A DNA stretch of 64,000 bases, taken from positions 1 through 64,000 of the IMG/VR virus record IMGVR_UViG_3300049893_002454. One strand, written 5' to 3'. The translations under genes were made by a program, and so were the position numbers. The notes under the pieces are model-generated. The model was not told where the DNA came from. It did not search any database and saw only the letters and a list, made by a program, of their open reading frames with translations. This DNA comes from a virus. Positions 39,177 to 50,300 of this stretch are shown here, piece after piece (positions within the stretch are counted from its first letter, which is position 1; each line of letters starts with the position of its first letter).

Positions 39177-40826
39177 ATGCTAGTTAAAAGTGATAAACTA
39201 AAGATTTCAGCATCTGCAATTAAGACGTATACGCAGTGCCCCAGAAAATATTATTATACATATATAGAGCGACTTCCAAAAAAGAAGTGGCCCCACATTG
39301 ATTTGGGTAATTTCGTTCATGCTGTATTAGAAGCATTTCATAATTTACTTAGAGATAATCCGCGTGGAGAAGAGGAGTGGGGCAATGTCCTAAAGGATAT
39401 TTGTCGTAATACTTTAAAGAAGCATCCTTTAACCAAAGAGCAGAGAAAGCAAGCAACTGCCATGCTGGACACATATCTATCTAAATTGCGCTCTGATGGA
39501 TTACCCAAAGTAATATGTAATGAGAAATCATTTACCATAGAACTTGCTGGTGATATAGTATTGCGTGGATTTATAGATAGAGTGGATCAGATTGATGGTG
39601 GCGTAGAAATTGTTGATTATAAGGGGCTTGCTATTGATACTGCGATTCCTACTCCATCAGGATGGGCTACTATGGGAAGTCTATCTGTTGGTGATATGGT
39701 ACTAGGAAGCGATGGAAGCCCAACGCAAGTGATGGCAAAGTCGCAGGTACATAATAGACCGTGCTATAGGCTAGAATTTTCCGATAATTACAGTATAGTG
39801 TGCGATAATGTTCATCTATGGAAGGTAATTTTTAGAGACACAGATAATGGCAATGAGGTCTCTGATATCATTGACGCAGAAGCGCTATGCCACATCTATG
39901 AGAACAATAAGCACATTCTTATAGATATATCTAACCATAGAGGCATTGATTTGCCAGAATCAGAACTACCATTCAGTCCTCGTATGCTAGGAGAGTATAT
40001 TGGTAGGACTTGTGATGATTTACATGCATCTAATCTGACAAATATTAAATTGAGTGAAATGCTTATAGAAAGTGATGGCGCTATACCATTAAAATATCTT
40101 AGAGGTTCTCGCAGTCAGCGTATTGAATTACTAACCGGATTGATGGATCACGGTGGATCATGGGATAAGGCTACAAAGCGAGTCTCATTCACTACATCAA
40201 ATCCAGCTCTGCTAGATTCTGTAAGTGAGCTACTGCATACCTTTGGGATTACATTATATGGCGATGACGAAATTAATACTATTAGCTTCACGCCGACTAC
40301 ATTTAATCCGTTCAATATATCATCTTATACACATATGGTAGACGGGTTTCTAAAAACAAGAGATTGGCACGTACCAACAGTCGATCGACGCACCCTGACA
40401 AATATCACTAAGATTGACAGCGTACCAACGCAATGTATTTCAGTTGCCTCAGCAGATTCACTATACTTATGTGGTGATTCATTTATATTAACGCATAATA
40501 CTGGAAAGTCTAAGTATCTTGACGAATTTCAATTACTCGTATATGCTTTGGCAATATGGCATGAAGATCCTAATATGGAGCGTATAAAAGGTTCTTATAT
40601 AGTATTAGGAGAGGGTTCTAAGCCTATTCATTACACTATTTCTAAGACGGATGCGGACAGATGTGTTGGGGAAATTATTAAAGTAGCAAATCAAATTCGC
40701 TCCGACTTAAGTTGGGAGACGCGCCCCACTAGGCTATGTTCGTATTGTGACTTCCAAGCAGCATGTCCTGCTACCAAACAGGCTGATTTTAGTAGCTGGG
40801 GAAATGCCATTACGGAGATAGAATGA
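39177..40826 (+). CDS. PD-(D/E)XK RecB/AddB/Cas4-like exonuclease containing an intein
   Basis: SASAIKTYTQCPRKY, GNFVH..LE, LRGFIDRVD, IVDYK|TGK, QL..Y, CSYCDFQAAC. Confidence 0.9.
   Translation: MLVKSDKLKISASAIKTYTQCPRKYYYTYIERLPKKKWPHIDLGNFVHAVLEAFHNLLRDNPRGEEEWGNVLKDICRNTLKKHPLTKEQRKQATAMLDTYLSKLRSDGLPKVICNEKSFTIELAGDIVLRGFIDRVDQIDGGVEIVDYKGLAIDTAIPTPSGWATMGSLSVGDMVLGSDGSPTQVMAKSQVHNRPCYRLEFSDNYSIVCDNVHLWKVIFRDTDNGNEVSDIIDAEALCHIYENNKHILIDISNHRGIDLPESELPFSPRMLGEYIGRTCDDLHASNLTNIKLSEMLIESDGAIPLKYLRGSRSQRIELLTGLMDHGGSWDKATKRVSFTTSNPALLDSVSELLHTFGITLYGDDEINTISFTPTTFNPFNISSYTHMVDGFLKTRDWHVPTVDRRTLTNITKIDSVPTQCISVASADSLYLCGDSFILTHNTGKSKYLDEFQLLVYALAIWHEDPNMERIKGSYIVLGEGSKPIHYTISKTDADRCVGEIIKVANQIRSDLSWETRPTRLCSYCDFQAACPATKQADFSSWGNAITEIE
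39624..40499 (+). mobile_element. Class-3-type intein (292 aa, starts with Gly) with degenerate LAGLIDADG region
   Basis: GLAIDTAIPTPSGW start, HLW (block B Trp), TQCISV (block F Cys), THN end followed by Thr; LLTGLMDHGG. Confidence 0.88.
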
Positions 40827-41644
40827 ATCAGTATGAAGTTACATATGGCATAGATTCTGGTCGCAAATGGATTTCTGGTCATATACCGATGAAGAGCGGT
40901 ATAGTACTTTTTATCGATACACGTACCGGGGTTGGCATAGATCAGATATATAAGTACATATCTGATTTTATACGCTACCAAGCAAGACAGATGACTATAC
41001 CATCGTATAGTACAGAAGATTTGATTCAGGAGCTGACCGTAATCGCACTGGCGGCCATTCCAGACTATTCAATTGAAAAATCTGCAAATATGCTTACTTT
41101 TCTACAGAACCATATAAAAAATAGAATGGTTAATATATACAAGCATGCAACTGAGAAATGTCGGACAGCAACACATGGTACATATAGATTTTGTAAGACA
41201 AAGTGTCCATATTGCGAACATACTTTTATCTTTGATGACAATGTTGGTATGCCATCCTGTTGTGTACGCTGCAATGCAGATACGTCGATCGGTAGGTGGA
41301 AGGCTTACCCTATTCCAGTCCCTGTGTTGTCAGCCGATGAGGAGATTCATCTGCAAGATGGAGGGAGAACCACTATTAGCGAATGTGCTTCACCAGAAGA
41401 TGTATCAATACTGGGATTTAGAGCGGTGGATCCAGAAGTAGATGTAGTTAATAACCTATCAATAAATAGCATAATTGATGGGCTTGAGCCCTCTACACAG
41501 CATATAATTAATCTTTTTTTGGAGGGCAGGACTTTATTTGAGATCTCTGCAGCAGTTAGATTATCCACATCTGCTATCAAAGCCAGGCTGCAGTCGCTGT
41601 CCAAAAATAAAGAACTGCTAGAATCCTTAGGTAAGGATGAATGA
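40823..41644 (+). CDS. Sigma-70-family (ECF-like) sigma factor with internal Cys-rich insert
   Basis: Region 2 EDLIQE...DY..K...TF...IKN; region 4 HTH EGRTLFEIS...STSAIKARL. Confidence 0.7.
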   Translation: MNQYEVTYGIDSGRKWISGHIPMKSGIVLFIDTRTGVGIDQIYKYISDFIRYQARQMTIPSYSTEDLIQELTVIALAAIPDYSIEKSANMLTFLQNHIKNRMVNIYKHATEKCRTATHGTYRFCKTKCPYCEHTFIFDDNVGMPSCCVRCNADTSIGRWKAYPIPVPVLSADEEIHLQDGGRTTISECASPEDVSILGFRAVDPEVDVVNNLSINSIIDGLEPSTQHIINLFLEGRTLFEISAAVRLSTSAIKARLQSLSKNKELLESLGKDE

Positions 41645-44600
41645 CCATCTGGCAATTAATATCACAAAAAAACATAGATAAATTTAGAATATCAGGTAAT
41701 ATTGTCTATGCGCTTAAAGCCATTGCGGCAAAAGCTAGAATACCATCGCGTCCTAAATTTTCCATAGCGCCCACTACTGTAGAAGACTTCTTTGCTATCC
41801 TTGATAGCATTTCTATGTCTGGAGGTTCTATGGGGGACCCTATGCAACAGTTGCTTAATAAGCAGGTTGCCAGGTTTCTATTGGCTTATTTGAAGCATTT
41901 GCCGCCAGAAACGCAAGTGCTTCGCAGTCAACTTCCCAGCAATCACTTGACCGGATTTATTGCTGCGGTCCTGCCATTTGATAAGAGCAGCTTGCAGGCT
42001 CTAAGTGCACATCTATCAGAAGCAACATATCCAACAGAAGAAATTTCCTCTATGGTAAAGGAACTTGTTGCTGATAATAATTCACTAAAAAATATTCTAT
42101 CATTTACTCTGGGCACTGCATTTATTGACGTAATAAAACACCAGATTATCAATAATCCTATATTAACAGTTTTACCTAATAATATAGTAAAGGTAGCGGC
42201 GAAGAAGCCATTCCAGTCTAATGGTCCGAGACTAAATGATTTAATAGAGGCTTTGCGCATCACTCATGGAAGGTATCTAATAGAGTATAATCAGTTAGCA
42301 CTTGCTGACTTTATGCGCGGGTCATCTGATTTTGATAATATGTTTCCTGGTGGCTTTACAGCAGAACACAAGAAGACATTGAGTACATTGCCAGCAAAAA
42401 TGATGATAATGTCGTCAGCATATATCCGCCACTACACTGAGTTGCAACGAGCATTGCACGATTATTGCTGGAGTAATATTACCGACGTAAATACGAAAGT
42501 AATATCACATTCAGGTGAGGTGCTTACACCAAATATATATATAAACCCAGGCATTTCTGATATAAAAGGAGTTAAATCTATTGCCAATCTCTTATCTAAA
42601 GAGCAGAAGCTAGCAAATTTAGATTTAAAAATGACTACATGGAATGGCCAAAGCTATAATGTAAATGCTACGCACTTAAGCATGGAAGACATACGCAAAC
42701 ATTTCATCAGTTCACGAACATATTCTGATATTTCTTCTGAAATTATTGATGGTTCTGCTGAAGCAATAGAAAGTGCTAGAATGCATATGCGTGCTCAAGA
42801 TATGCCGAGATTTATTAAGGGTATCGCAGGATTAATGACAAGTCCCAGCACCTCTGCTGCTACAGATTTAATAGAAGAGTTTATAACCTTAGCTAAAGAA
42901 GCTGTTTCAAAATCAATTGCGTCTAGAGGAAATGTGTTTATTGATGCGTCTACTGATGCTAAGAAAACTTATGGTAAGACTTCAACTGGCACGTCTCTAT
43001 TAGGAACTGCGTTTAAGACCAAAGATCTAGATAATATATTGATTATAAATGAGGATATGTTATTTTCATTTGAAGTGGCATATACAAAGATATCAAATAA
43101 GTATAGTCAATTATTTAAGGAACAAAGTCAAGTAAGACAGATTCTGGTAAATATCTTCAAATCATATGCCATACCTCTGTTGCCCATGACTATGCGGTAT
43201 TTGTACAATGCTCCATCTGCAGCTAAAATAGTAGACATCTCATCTGCACCAAACTTATCAGAGCAAACAAAGACTAGTGCAGCAGAGGCAATAAGAGCTG
43301 TGACTGATGATTTTCTTCCACAGCTATCAGAAACACTTTCTTCGGTGCCATTTCAAGAACGCTATGCCGCTAATGCAACAGAATATAATGAGACTGTAGT
43401 ACATACAGATAAAATTTCCACGCTTCGTAATGAAAGTCTTGGAACAGATATAAACCCGTCAATCCTACAACCTATACTAAAGCATCTAGGAATAGATGAT
43501 GCGGGTATAAAATCAAAGCAAGCAGATATAGCTCTAGCTTATAGTAGCATGGGCCGTGATTCGGGTAGGCGCACTGGCGAGATGATTAATAAGATTATAG
43601 CCGACGTCATGAGGCGGTATCATGAACTTAGTCTGCAGGGAGGAGCAGGAGGTGTAACATGGGAGCATGTCTCTGTGTATATCGGAAATAAAGTTCTTCC
43701 CGGTATAATAGAAGAGTATATAACATCAGTCTTGTCTAAAAAAATGTCAGCAGATACTTCTGAGCGCAGAGAGGAAATTGAGAATTTCATTAATACCTCA
43801 TTTATGTCTTTAAAGAGTGGTAGGAGCCAGGGGACAATATCATCTAACACTATATATGGCAAGCTAAGCCAACTATATGAAGCTTACGCTATAAAGCAAA
43901 ATAAGGGTGAGGACGCAAGCAAGCTGATCAATAATGCACTTGGCGCACTCATTACTGGCGCCGATTACGGATATCGGGCAGAGCGTGCAGCCCCTGCTGT
44001 ACATGCTGTTAAATCACTACTTAAAAGAAACAAGGAAGATAAATCAGTAACAGATGAAAATTGGTCAGATCCAGCAAACCCACGACCACGATCAATGGAA
44101 GAGCTGGCGCACATAACTAAAGCATTTGCAGATCCCATCCCTGACATTACCTCTAGAGCACCTGGCATTGTGCGGAAGAAGCGATTAAATATACAGCCTG
44201 GTAATAGATTTTCGCGCGCACAGGTAGAGAAGATGAATCAGGAACGTAAGGTTGAGGGTAAAGGTAAAATCGTAGAACCCACTGTGCACCATTCGCTATT
44301 GAATGCTATACGCAGACTTGGCAATAACCTAATATCAGATCCTATATCAGTTATACGCACATCATTTCTTGAACGCAAGGAGGAGATCTTATCTGTATCT
44401 CCTGCCTATGCTAGTGACATCATTCCGTATACAAAAGGCGGCCCGATACAGTTAAGGGAAAGCCCCTTTATTGCTGCCGAATATATTCCGCCACAAGTCG
44501 AAGTAGATTTTTCTACAATACATCTAGACGCCGATCGAAGTCGGGTAGTGATTGATAAGTCCGATGAGTCACCGGTTATAAAGAAGAGCATAGAGGATCT

Positions 44601-45525
44601 TGCAAAAACAGGAATTACCTCTGGCGTGCTTCAGAAAATCGAAGTAGAATTGCGCAAATTGCCATCGCACTATCTCACTGAAAAAAGCATCGCTACTACA
44701 ATTGAGATACTTCTAGGTAAATTTGCACCCACTACAATCAGACCTAGAGTTGAACGCACACCCGCTCCAGCGGCAACATCTCCTACAGTCAAATCTGATG
44801 GTGGCGAAAAGTTCATTGAATCACTAACTAAGACAATTTTTAATGGTAATGTGCTTGCTATTAGATTGCAACCTACAGCGCAAGATTCAGTAGAACAATT
44901 AAACAGCAAAGCCGAAGAACTAATGAAATATCTTCATTTATTAACTCAGGCGCAAGCATCTCTTACTAAAGAGATTGCATCAGCAGCAAAAGATCCGACA
45001 CTACTAAGTCGACTGCGCGATTATCTTGCAACAGCAAAGGCATATCGCTCGCACTTACTAAAAGCAATTAATAAGGCCAAGGACCTAGCTGAGCGCGCAT
45101 CGGAAAGTGCCGATATAGAAGAGTACGATTACATTAAAGAAACCTTATCTCAATCAAAAGCTAAACTACAAGACTTTATTAGTCGCATGTCTAAACTGCC
45201 CCAGTATAAGGATAAGGAGAGTATCGTGCGTAAAGTGTCCACTGCACTAGGTAGTCTTGTTAATGTCTCAGATATGGCTGATGCAATAAACCCTCAGCAC
45301 ATTCAGCTACTACTGATGGACTTAAACAATAAATTATCAAAAGGTGATAACTTTGATAATATTATGCTTGATATTGATAAGTATCGGGTACGTAATACCG
45401 TGCCGTCACATGAACGAGAAGTTAAAGAGGATGTTGCTGCTGTCGAGTCAGTATTCAATGAGCAGTCTGAACGGTGGGAGTCTGCCATTAAGCACGAACA
45501 ATCACAATCTTTAAAGGACCACTGA
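41641..45525 (+). CDS. Large hypothetical protein (1294 aa)
   Basis: Long uninterrupted ORF; no recognised motif. Confidence 0.8.
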   Translation: MTIWQLISQKNIDKFRISGNIVYALKAIAAKARIPSRPKFSIAPTTVEDFFAILDSISMSGGSMGDPMQQLLNKQVARFLLAYLKHLPPETQVLRSQLPSNHLTGFIAAVLPFDKSSLQALSAHLSEATYPTEEISSMVKELVADNNSLKNILSFTLGTAFIDVIKHQIINNPILTVLPNNIVKVAAKKPFQSNGPRLNDLIEALRITHGRYLIEYNQLALADFMRGSSDFDNMFPGGFTAEHKKTLSTLPAKMMIMSSAYIRHYTELQRALHDYCWSNITDVNTKVISHSGEVLTPNIYINPGISDIKGVKSIANLLSKEQKLANLDLKMTTWNGQSYNVNATHLSMEDIRKHFISSRTYSDISSEIIDGSAEAIESARMHMRAQDMPRFIKGIAGLMTSPSTSAATDLIEEFITLAKEAVSKSIASRGNVFIDASTDAKKTYGKTSTGTSLLGTAFKTKDLDNILIINEDMLFSFEVAYTKISNKYSQLFKEQSQVRQILVNIFKSYAIPLLPMTMRYLYNAPSAAKIVDISSAPNLSEQTKTSAAEAIRAVTDDFLPQLSETLSSVPFQERYAANATEYNETVVHTDKISTLRNESLGTDINPSILQPILKHLGIDDAGIKSKQADIALAYSSMGRDSGRRTGEMINKIIADVMRRYHELSLQGGAGGVTWEHVSVYIGNKVLPGIIEEYITSVLSKKMSADTSERREEIENFINTSFMSLKSGRSQGTISSNTIYGKLSQLYEAYAIKQNKGEDASKLINNALGALITGADYGYRAERAAPAVHAVKSLLKRNKEDKSVTDENWSDPANPRPRSMEELAHITKAFADPIPDITSRAPGIVRKKRLNIQPGNRFSRAQVEKMNQERKVEGKGKIVEPTVHHSLLNAIRRLGNNLISDPISVIRTSFLERKEEILSVSPAYASDIIPYTKGGPIQLRESPFIAAEYIPPQVEVDFSTIHLDADRSRVVIDKSDESPVIKKSIEDLAKTGITSGVLQKIEVELRKLPSHYLTEKSIATTIEILLGKFAPTTIRPRVERTPAPAATSPTVKSDGGEKFIESLTKTIFNGNVLAIRLQPTAQDSVEQLNSKAEELMKYLHLLTQAQASLTKEIASAAKDPTLLSRLRDYLATAKAYRSHLLKAINKAKDLAERASESADIEEYDYIKETLSQSKAKLQDFISRMSKLPQYKDKESIVRKVSTALGSLVNVSDMADAINPQHIQLLLMDLNNKLSKGDNFDNIMLDIDKYRVRNTVPSHEREVKEDVAAVESVFNEQSERWESAIKHEQSQSLKDH

Positions 45526-45547
45526 TAGGTTAGGAGATAGTAGAATT

Positions 45548-46762
45548 ATGTTAGTAAATATAGAAGATATCAACAATATAGAAAAGCAGCTCCTTTTTTC
45601 TGTTGAGCCGCTGCGAGTAGAACATACTATAAGCTCTTTTATTAAAGAAATTGCACCCAGAGTTGATGCCAAAGGATTTAGAAAGGGAATGGTCCCAGAT
45701 AATGTTATTAGGCATCAGTATAAAGATGCCATTTTAGCGGAATGTTCAGCTAGAATGGTTCAAGAGGAAGTAATCACCTCTATTCGGGATAGGCAATTAA
45801 AGGTAGTCGGATCTCCTGTCTTAATTGAGAAGGATAGGATGTCCAATCGCAAAAGCCATGTTGGCGAATTTATGTTAGATGGTTCATTTAGTTTTTCGGT
45901 CATGGCAGATTTCGAACCTGAGCTTAAGGTTATAGTGCCTGATGACTTACATATCTCAGAAGCCATGCCTTCATTAGATAGCTTAGTTGATGACGATCTT
46001 CGTAAGGCACAGGCAGCGCTCGCACAGTTGGATTTCGTGGAGCGCCCGGCAAATAAGGATGATCAAGTAGCTGTAGAATTCCTTGATGGAAGCAATAACC
46101 ATGCATCAATTATGATATCTGATAAACCAGATATATTTGCTTCTCACGAAGACTTTATCGGCAAGTCAGCAAATGATGAGCTAGAAGTTCCGCTAGCTGA
46201 TGGAAGTGCGGTATCAGTGCGGATTACCGCAGTATTTGCGGTAACTATGCCACAGATTGATAATGAGTTCGCACGATCATCAATGTTTGAATCACTTGAT
46301 GATATGAAGAAGTCACTTGCTGCTAAGAGATCTCACGATTATTCTACTCCACTTAGAGCTAAGATATACTCTGAGATACTAGCACAACTAGTTGCAGCAA
46401 ATCCAGTAGAGATACCTGGACGCTGGGTTGATGCTGAGGTAACAACAATATGTCGCAGACTAAATATTGAAGCTCAGCCAGGCGAGCTACTCGTTTCATT
46501 TAAAGAATTGGCACGTAGGAATATTTTATCAAATCTATTTCTAGATTCCATCTATCGTGATCATGAAAATATTCATATGTCTGCTGATGAGGTCTTCGGT
46601 ATAATAGAGAGTGAGGCGCAGAAGATTGGACGAACTCCTGACGAGGTACTTACACACTTGAGGAACTCCGGCCAATATGAGCTTCTAATGTCCTCCTACG
46701 AGAGAAACAGAGCCATAGATTATCTTATTTCACAAGCACAGGTCAAACAGGAGCAAGTATGA
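45548..46762 (+). CDS. tig: Trigger factor (degenerate FKBP domain)
   Basis: GFRKGMVP ribosome-binding loop; P.IDNEFA; C-terminal chaperone-domain pattern. Confidence 0.85.
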   Translation: MLVNIEDINNIEKQLLFSVEPLRVEHTISSFIKEIAPRVDAKGFRKGMVPDNVIRHQYKDAILAECSARMVQEEVITSIRDRQLKVVGSPVLIEKDRMSNRKSHVGEFMLDGSFSFSVMADFEPELKVIVPDDLHISEAMPSLDSLVDDDLRKAQAALAQLDFVERPANKDDQVAVEFLDGSNNHASIMISDKPDIFASHEDFIGKSANDELEVPLADGSAVSVRITAVFAVTMPQIDNEFARSSMFESLDDMKKSLAAKRSHDYSTPLRAKIYSEILAQLVAANPVEIPGRWVDAEVTTICRRLNIEAQPGELLVSFKELARRNILSNLFLDSIYRDHENIHMSADEVFGIIESEAQKIGRTPDEVLTHLRNSGQYELLMSSYERNRAIDYLISQAQVKQEQV

Positions 46763-46986
46763 CAACAGCACAACAAACAATAGGTTCAATTTCAGGTTTT
46801 ATCGTTAAGACAATTACAGTTATTCCCGGCAAGGGAGAAGAAGACGTAGGTAAGGTACGTGTGGTACTTGAGGCTAGCAAAGAGGATTTGCGCGCGGCCG
46901 ATCGCGACCTTACGGCAATTCTTGGTGCAATGACCATGCATCAATCGACAAATGAGTCGGTAGCAGTACAAGCGCGATTCGCCTGA
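46759..46986 (+). CDS. Hypothetical protein
   Basis: AGGAG SD, ATGA coupling, followed by a terminator. Confidence 0.65.
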   Translation: MTTAQQTIGSISGFIVKTITVIPGKGEEDVGKVRVVLEASKEDLRAADRDLTAILGAMTMHQSTNESVAVQARFA

Positions 46987-47010
46987 TTAGTATAACAATC
47001 TAAATAAACT

Positions 47011-47046
47011 ATAGGGGAGACGGCTAATCCCCTATTTTTATATTTT
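47011..47046 (+). terminator. Rho-independent terminator
   Basis: ATAGGGGA...TCCCCTAT stem followed by a T-rich run. Confidence 0.75.
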
Positions 47047-47048
47047 AT

Positions 47049-47378
47049 ATGACAAATAACTTCTATGATCTAGTACAAGTAAGACAGCTGAGAGGCTGTA
47101 AGACTTGTAGAACAGTACAATACACATTTCCACAACCAATAGGAAAGAGCATAGAAGATTATCTGTTGCCTTTCGGCAAGCTAGCTTACGATCTTGATAT
47201 ATACTCTATAATCAAGATTGATAATGATGCAATATTATTGCAATCAAAACTTGGCACGGTAGATATGCATGTCAAGTTCAAAGACAAAGAGGATTTGAGG
47301 ATTGTCAGTTTATTCGAGGTGCAGTTAGCTGCCTACCTTCAGAGTGAACTAAGTATCCCAATCTCAGGAGTTTATTAA
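47049..47378 (+). CDS. Hypothetical protein with CxxC
   Basis: ORF whose TAA overlaps the dnaE ATG. Confidence 0.6.
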   Translation: MTNNFYDLVQVRQLRGCKTCRTVQYTFPQPIGKSIEDYLLPFGKLAYDLDIYSIIKIDNDAILLQSKLGTVDMHVKFKDKEDLRIVSLFEVQLAAYLQSELSIPISGVY

Positions 47379-50300
47379 TGGATAATTTCGTAAATCTTCA
47401 TTCACATACATACCACTCTCATATGGATGCGATTATCCGCATCTCAGATTTATTTAAACGAGTAGCAGAGCTAGGGCAGCCAGGGATAGCAATTACCGAT
47501 CACGGTGTATTAGCCGGCATACATGAGGGGTACAAGGAATATAAGAAGTATAAGGATCAGGGCCAGCATATCAAATTTATCCCTGGCAGTGAGATATACT
47601 ACTGTGAAGATTTAAATGATCCTAAGTCTAAACGCAGACACTTAGTGGTCTTAGCTCAGAATGAGGAGGGATACCGAAATCTATTGCAGATCAATGCTGC
47701 TGGATTTAATAACTCAGTTACGGTAATGGGAAGGCAATTTCCGCGAGTTGATCTGAATATTCTTAAAAAGCATTCAGCAGGACTATTTGTAAACTCGGCA
47801 TGTGGAGGATCTCCTTTCGCATCGGCAATTTTTGAAAAAAATATCAAACGAGCAAAGGATTTAGCCTCTACCTTTAGAGATATCTTTGGTGATAAATTCT
47901 ATATTGAGCTACAGCCTCACGAGCTGCAAAGAGGAGATTTTAATCAGGCGTTCTTAAATGAGCAATTGAAGTTTCTGGCTGATGAGCTAAAAATAAATAT
48001 GATTGCCACATGCGACTCTCATTATCTCACAAGCAAGCATGAGAAGTACCATGATATGGTTCTGGCCATTGGAGCAAAGAAGGCATTAGAGGATCCTAAA
48101 CGGCATCGATATGCAACATATCAGGCATGCCTTATCTGTGCGGGTACAGGAGAGTACCCTTCTGATTCCAAGAAGGAATGTTACCAGTGCGGAGGATCAA
48201 AATACAGCTCTATCAAACCCTGTCCAGAGTTTTATTTGAAGGAGAGTAGTCAATTAAATAAGTATTTTGCACAGAAGTTCGATAGTGGAACAGCTGATGC
48301 ACTAATTGCAAATACAGTAAAGATTGCTAACGAATGTGAGTATCCTGATTATATGGCTCCCAAGGGGCATAGATTGCCAGCCTTTCCATGGAAAGATGAG
48401 CCTGATGCAAAAGAGTTTGAATCATGGGTGACAGATAAACCATCATTATCATCATTGCCAAAAGATGCATCGTATCTAAGATTTCGTATCAAAAAGGCTT
48501 TTGATAAGTATACAGCAGATTTTTCTAAAGAAAAGAAGCAGGAGTATTGGGAGCGTGTAAAAAAAGAACTTGATATTCTAGAGATGCGCAACTTCAGTTC
48601 GTACATGCTAATCGTAGCAGACTATATTCAGTGGGCTAAGAATAATGGTGTAACTGTCGGGCCAGGTCGTGGATGTTTAACTGGCGACACTAAAGTACTT
48701 ACAGCAAACAGAGGTTTTACTGACCTTGCTGACATTAAAATTGGAGATAAGGTATTCTCCCATACGGGGGAAATACGAAATGTCTCTGACACTATGCGTT
48801 ATGATGTTGCTGATGAAGAATTATTATCTATAAAGACGGAACATTCTTGTGGCAATATAGTCTTAACAAAAGATCATCGGGTCTACGGATCAAAGTCCGA
48901 TCCGGCTCATAGAAAGTTGATAAAGTGGATAGCAGCGGAGAACCTATCGGTAGGCGACTATATATTCATGCCATACCCAAAAAGAGAGTCCATTGCAGTC
49001 TCGGATATCATTTTACATGAACGCGACTCTAATGGTAATAGCATACAGCGACAAATTGAGATTGATTCTAAATTTGCATATTTTATAGGGCAGTGGGTGG
49101 GTGCTGGATATTATTTAGTTGACGATAACCGCCAGCGTATAGGCATAAGGTTGGATATACGAAATATAGAGGAGGCGAGTAAAGTACATACGTATCTTAA
49201 ATCTATGGGATTCAATTCTCGACTGTCGGAAGATAGCGTCACGCATTCACATGTTATAGTAGACAGCCAACCACTGTCCAGAATGTTGTCAGACCTATTT
49301 CCCAAATATAATAATACTGATGACTCCAGATACATCGGACAATTCACTAACCTTCCTGATAATCTGCTTACTGAATTGATCCTAGGACTAGCATCAGCTA
49401 TTGAGAGCACGGAAATTAATAATCAAATTGATATAATATCAGTTAATACACGTAGTAAAACTTTGGCTCTGGAGCTTAAAGAGTGCTCATTATACTTGAT
49501 GGTCCCAACATCAATACTGGTCAATTCTATAGATGATACGTATAAGATTGATTTTAGACTGCTTTATGACGATACAATCGATAATACCGGTTATCTATGT
49601 AAGATCTTAGACATAACGACATCAAAAGCAGATTATGTATATGATATTACTGTAGATGAGGATCATTCCTATGTAACATCAAATTATGCAGTGCATAATA
49701 GCGTAGGAGGATCATTAGTGGCTTACTTGCTAAATATCCATATGGCAGACTCAATTAAATACGGGCTATTATTTGAGCGGTTCCAAAATAGGGAAAAGAA
49801 GTCACTCCCCGATATAGATTGTGACTTTGCTCCAAGTGGTCGAGAAAAGGTCATACAATATTGCAGAGATAAGTATGGTGAGGATAAGGTCGCCTTCATA
49901 TCTAATATTCTGCGCTTAACTCCAAAATTAGTCATTAAGGACGTGGCTCGCTCATTGGTTATAGGTGGCGATAAAAGTACTGCATTTAAGATAGCTAATG
50001 ATGTTACAGCCAGCATTCCAGACCTGATAATAGAGGGTAGTAAGAGAATTAAGGTTGATACGATGGCCAAGGCAATGCAGGCCTCCGAGAAGTTGACCAA
50101 GTTTATACAAGAGTACCCTATTGTGCTAGAATATGCCAATGAGTTAATTGGGGTGCCTCGAAGTTTTGCCACTCATGCTGCCGGCATAGTTATATCAGAC
50201 ACTCCGCTACCAGAATGTGCTCCGCTTAGGCGAGACGGTGATGGAATTATATCGGTTCAGTATGACAAGGACCAATGTGAGGAGATCGGATTAGTTAAAA

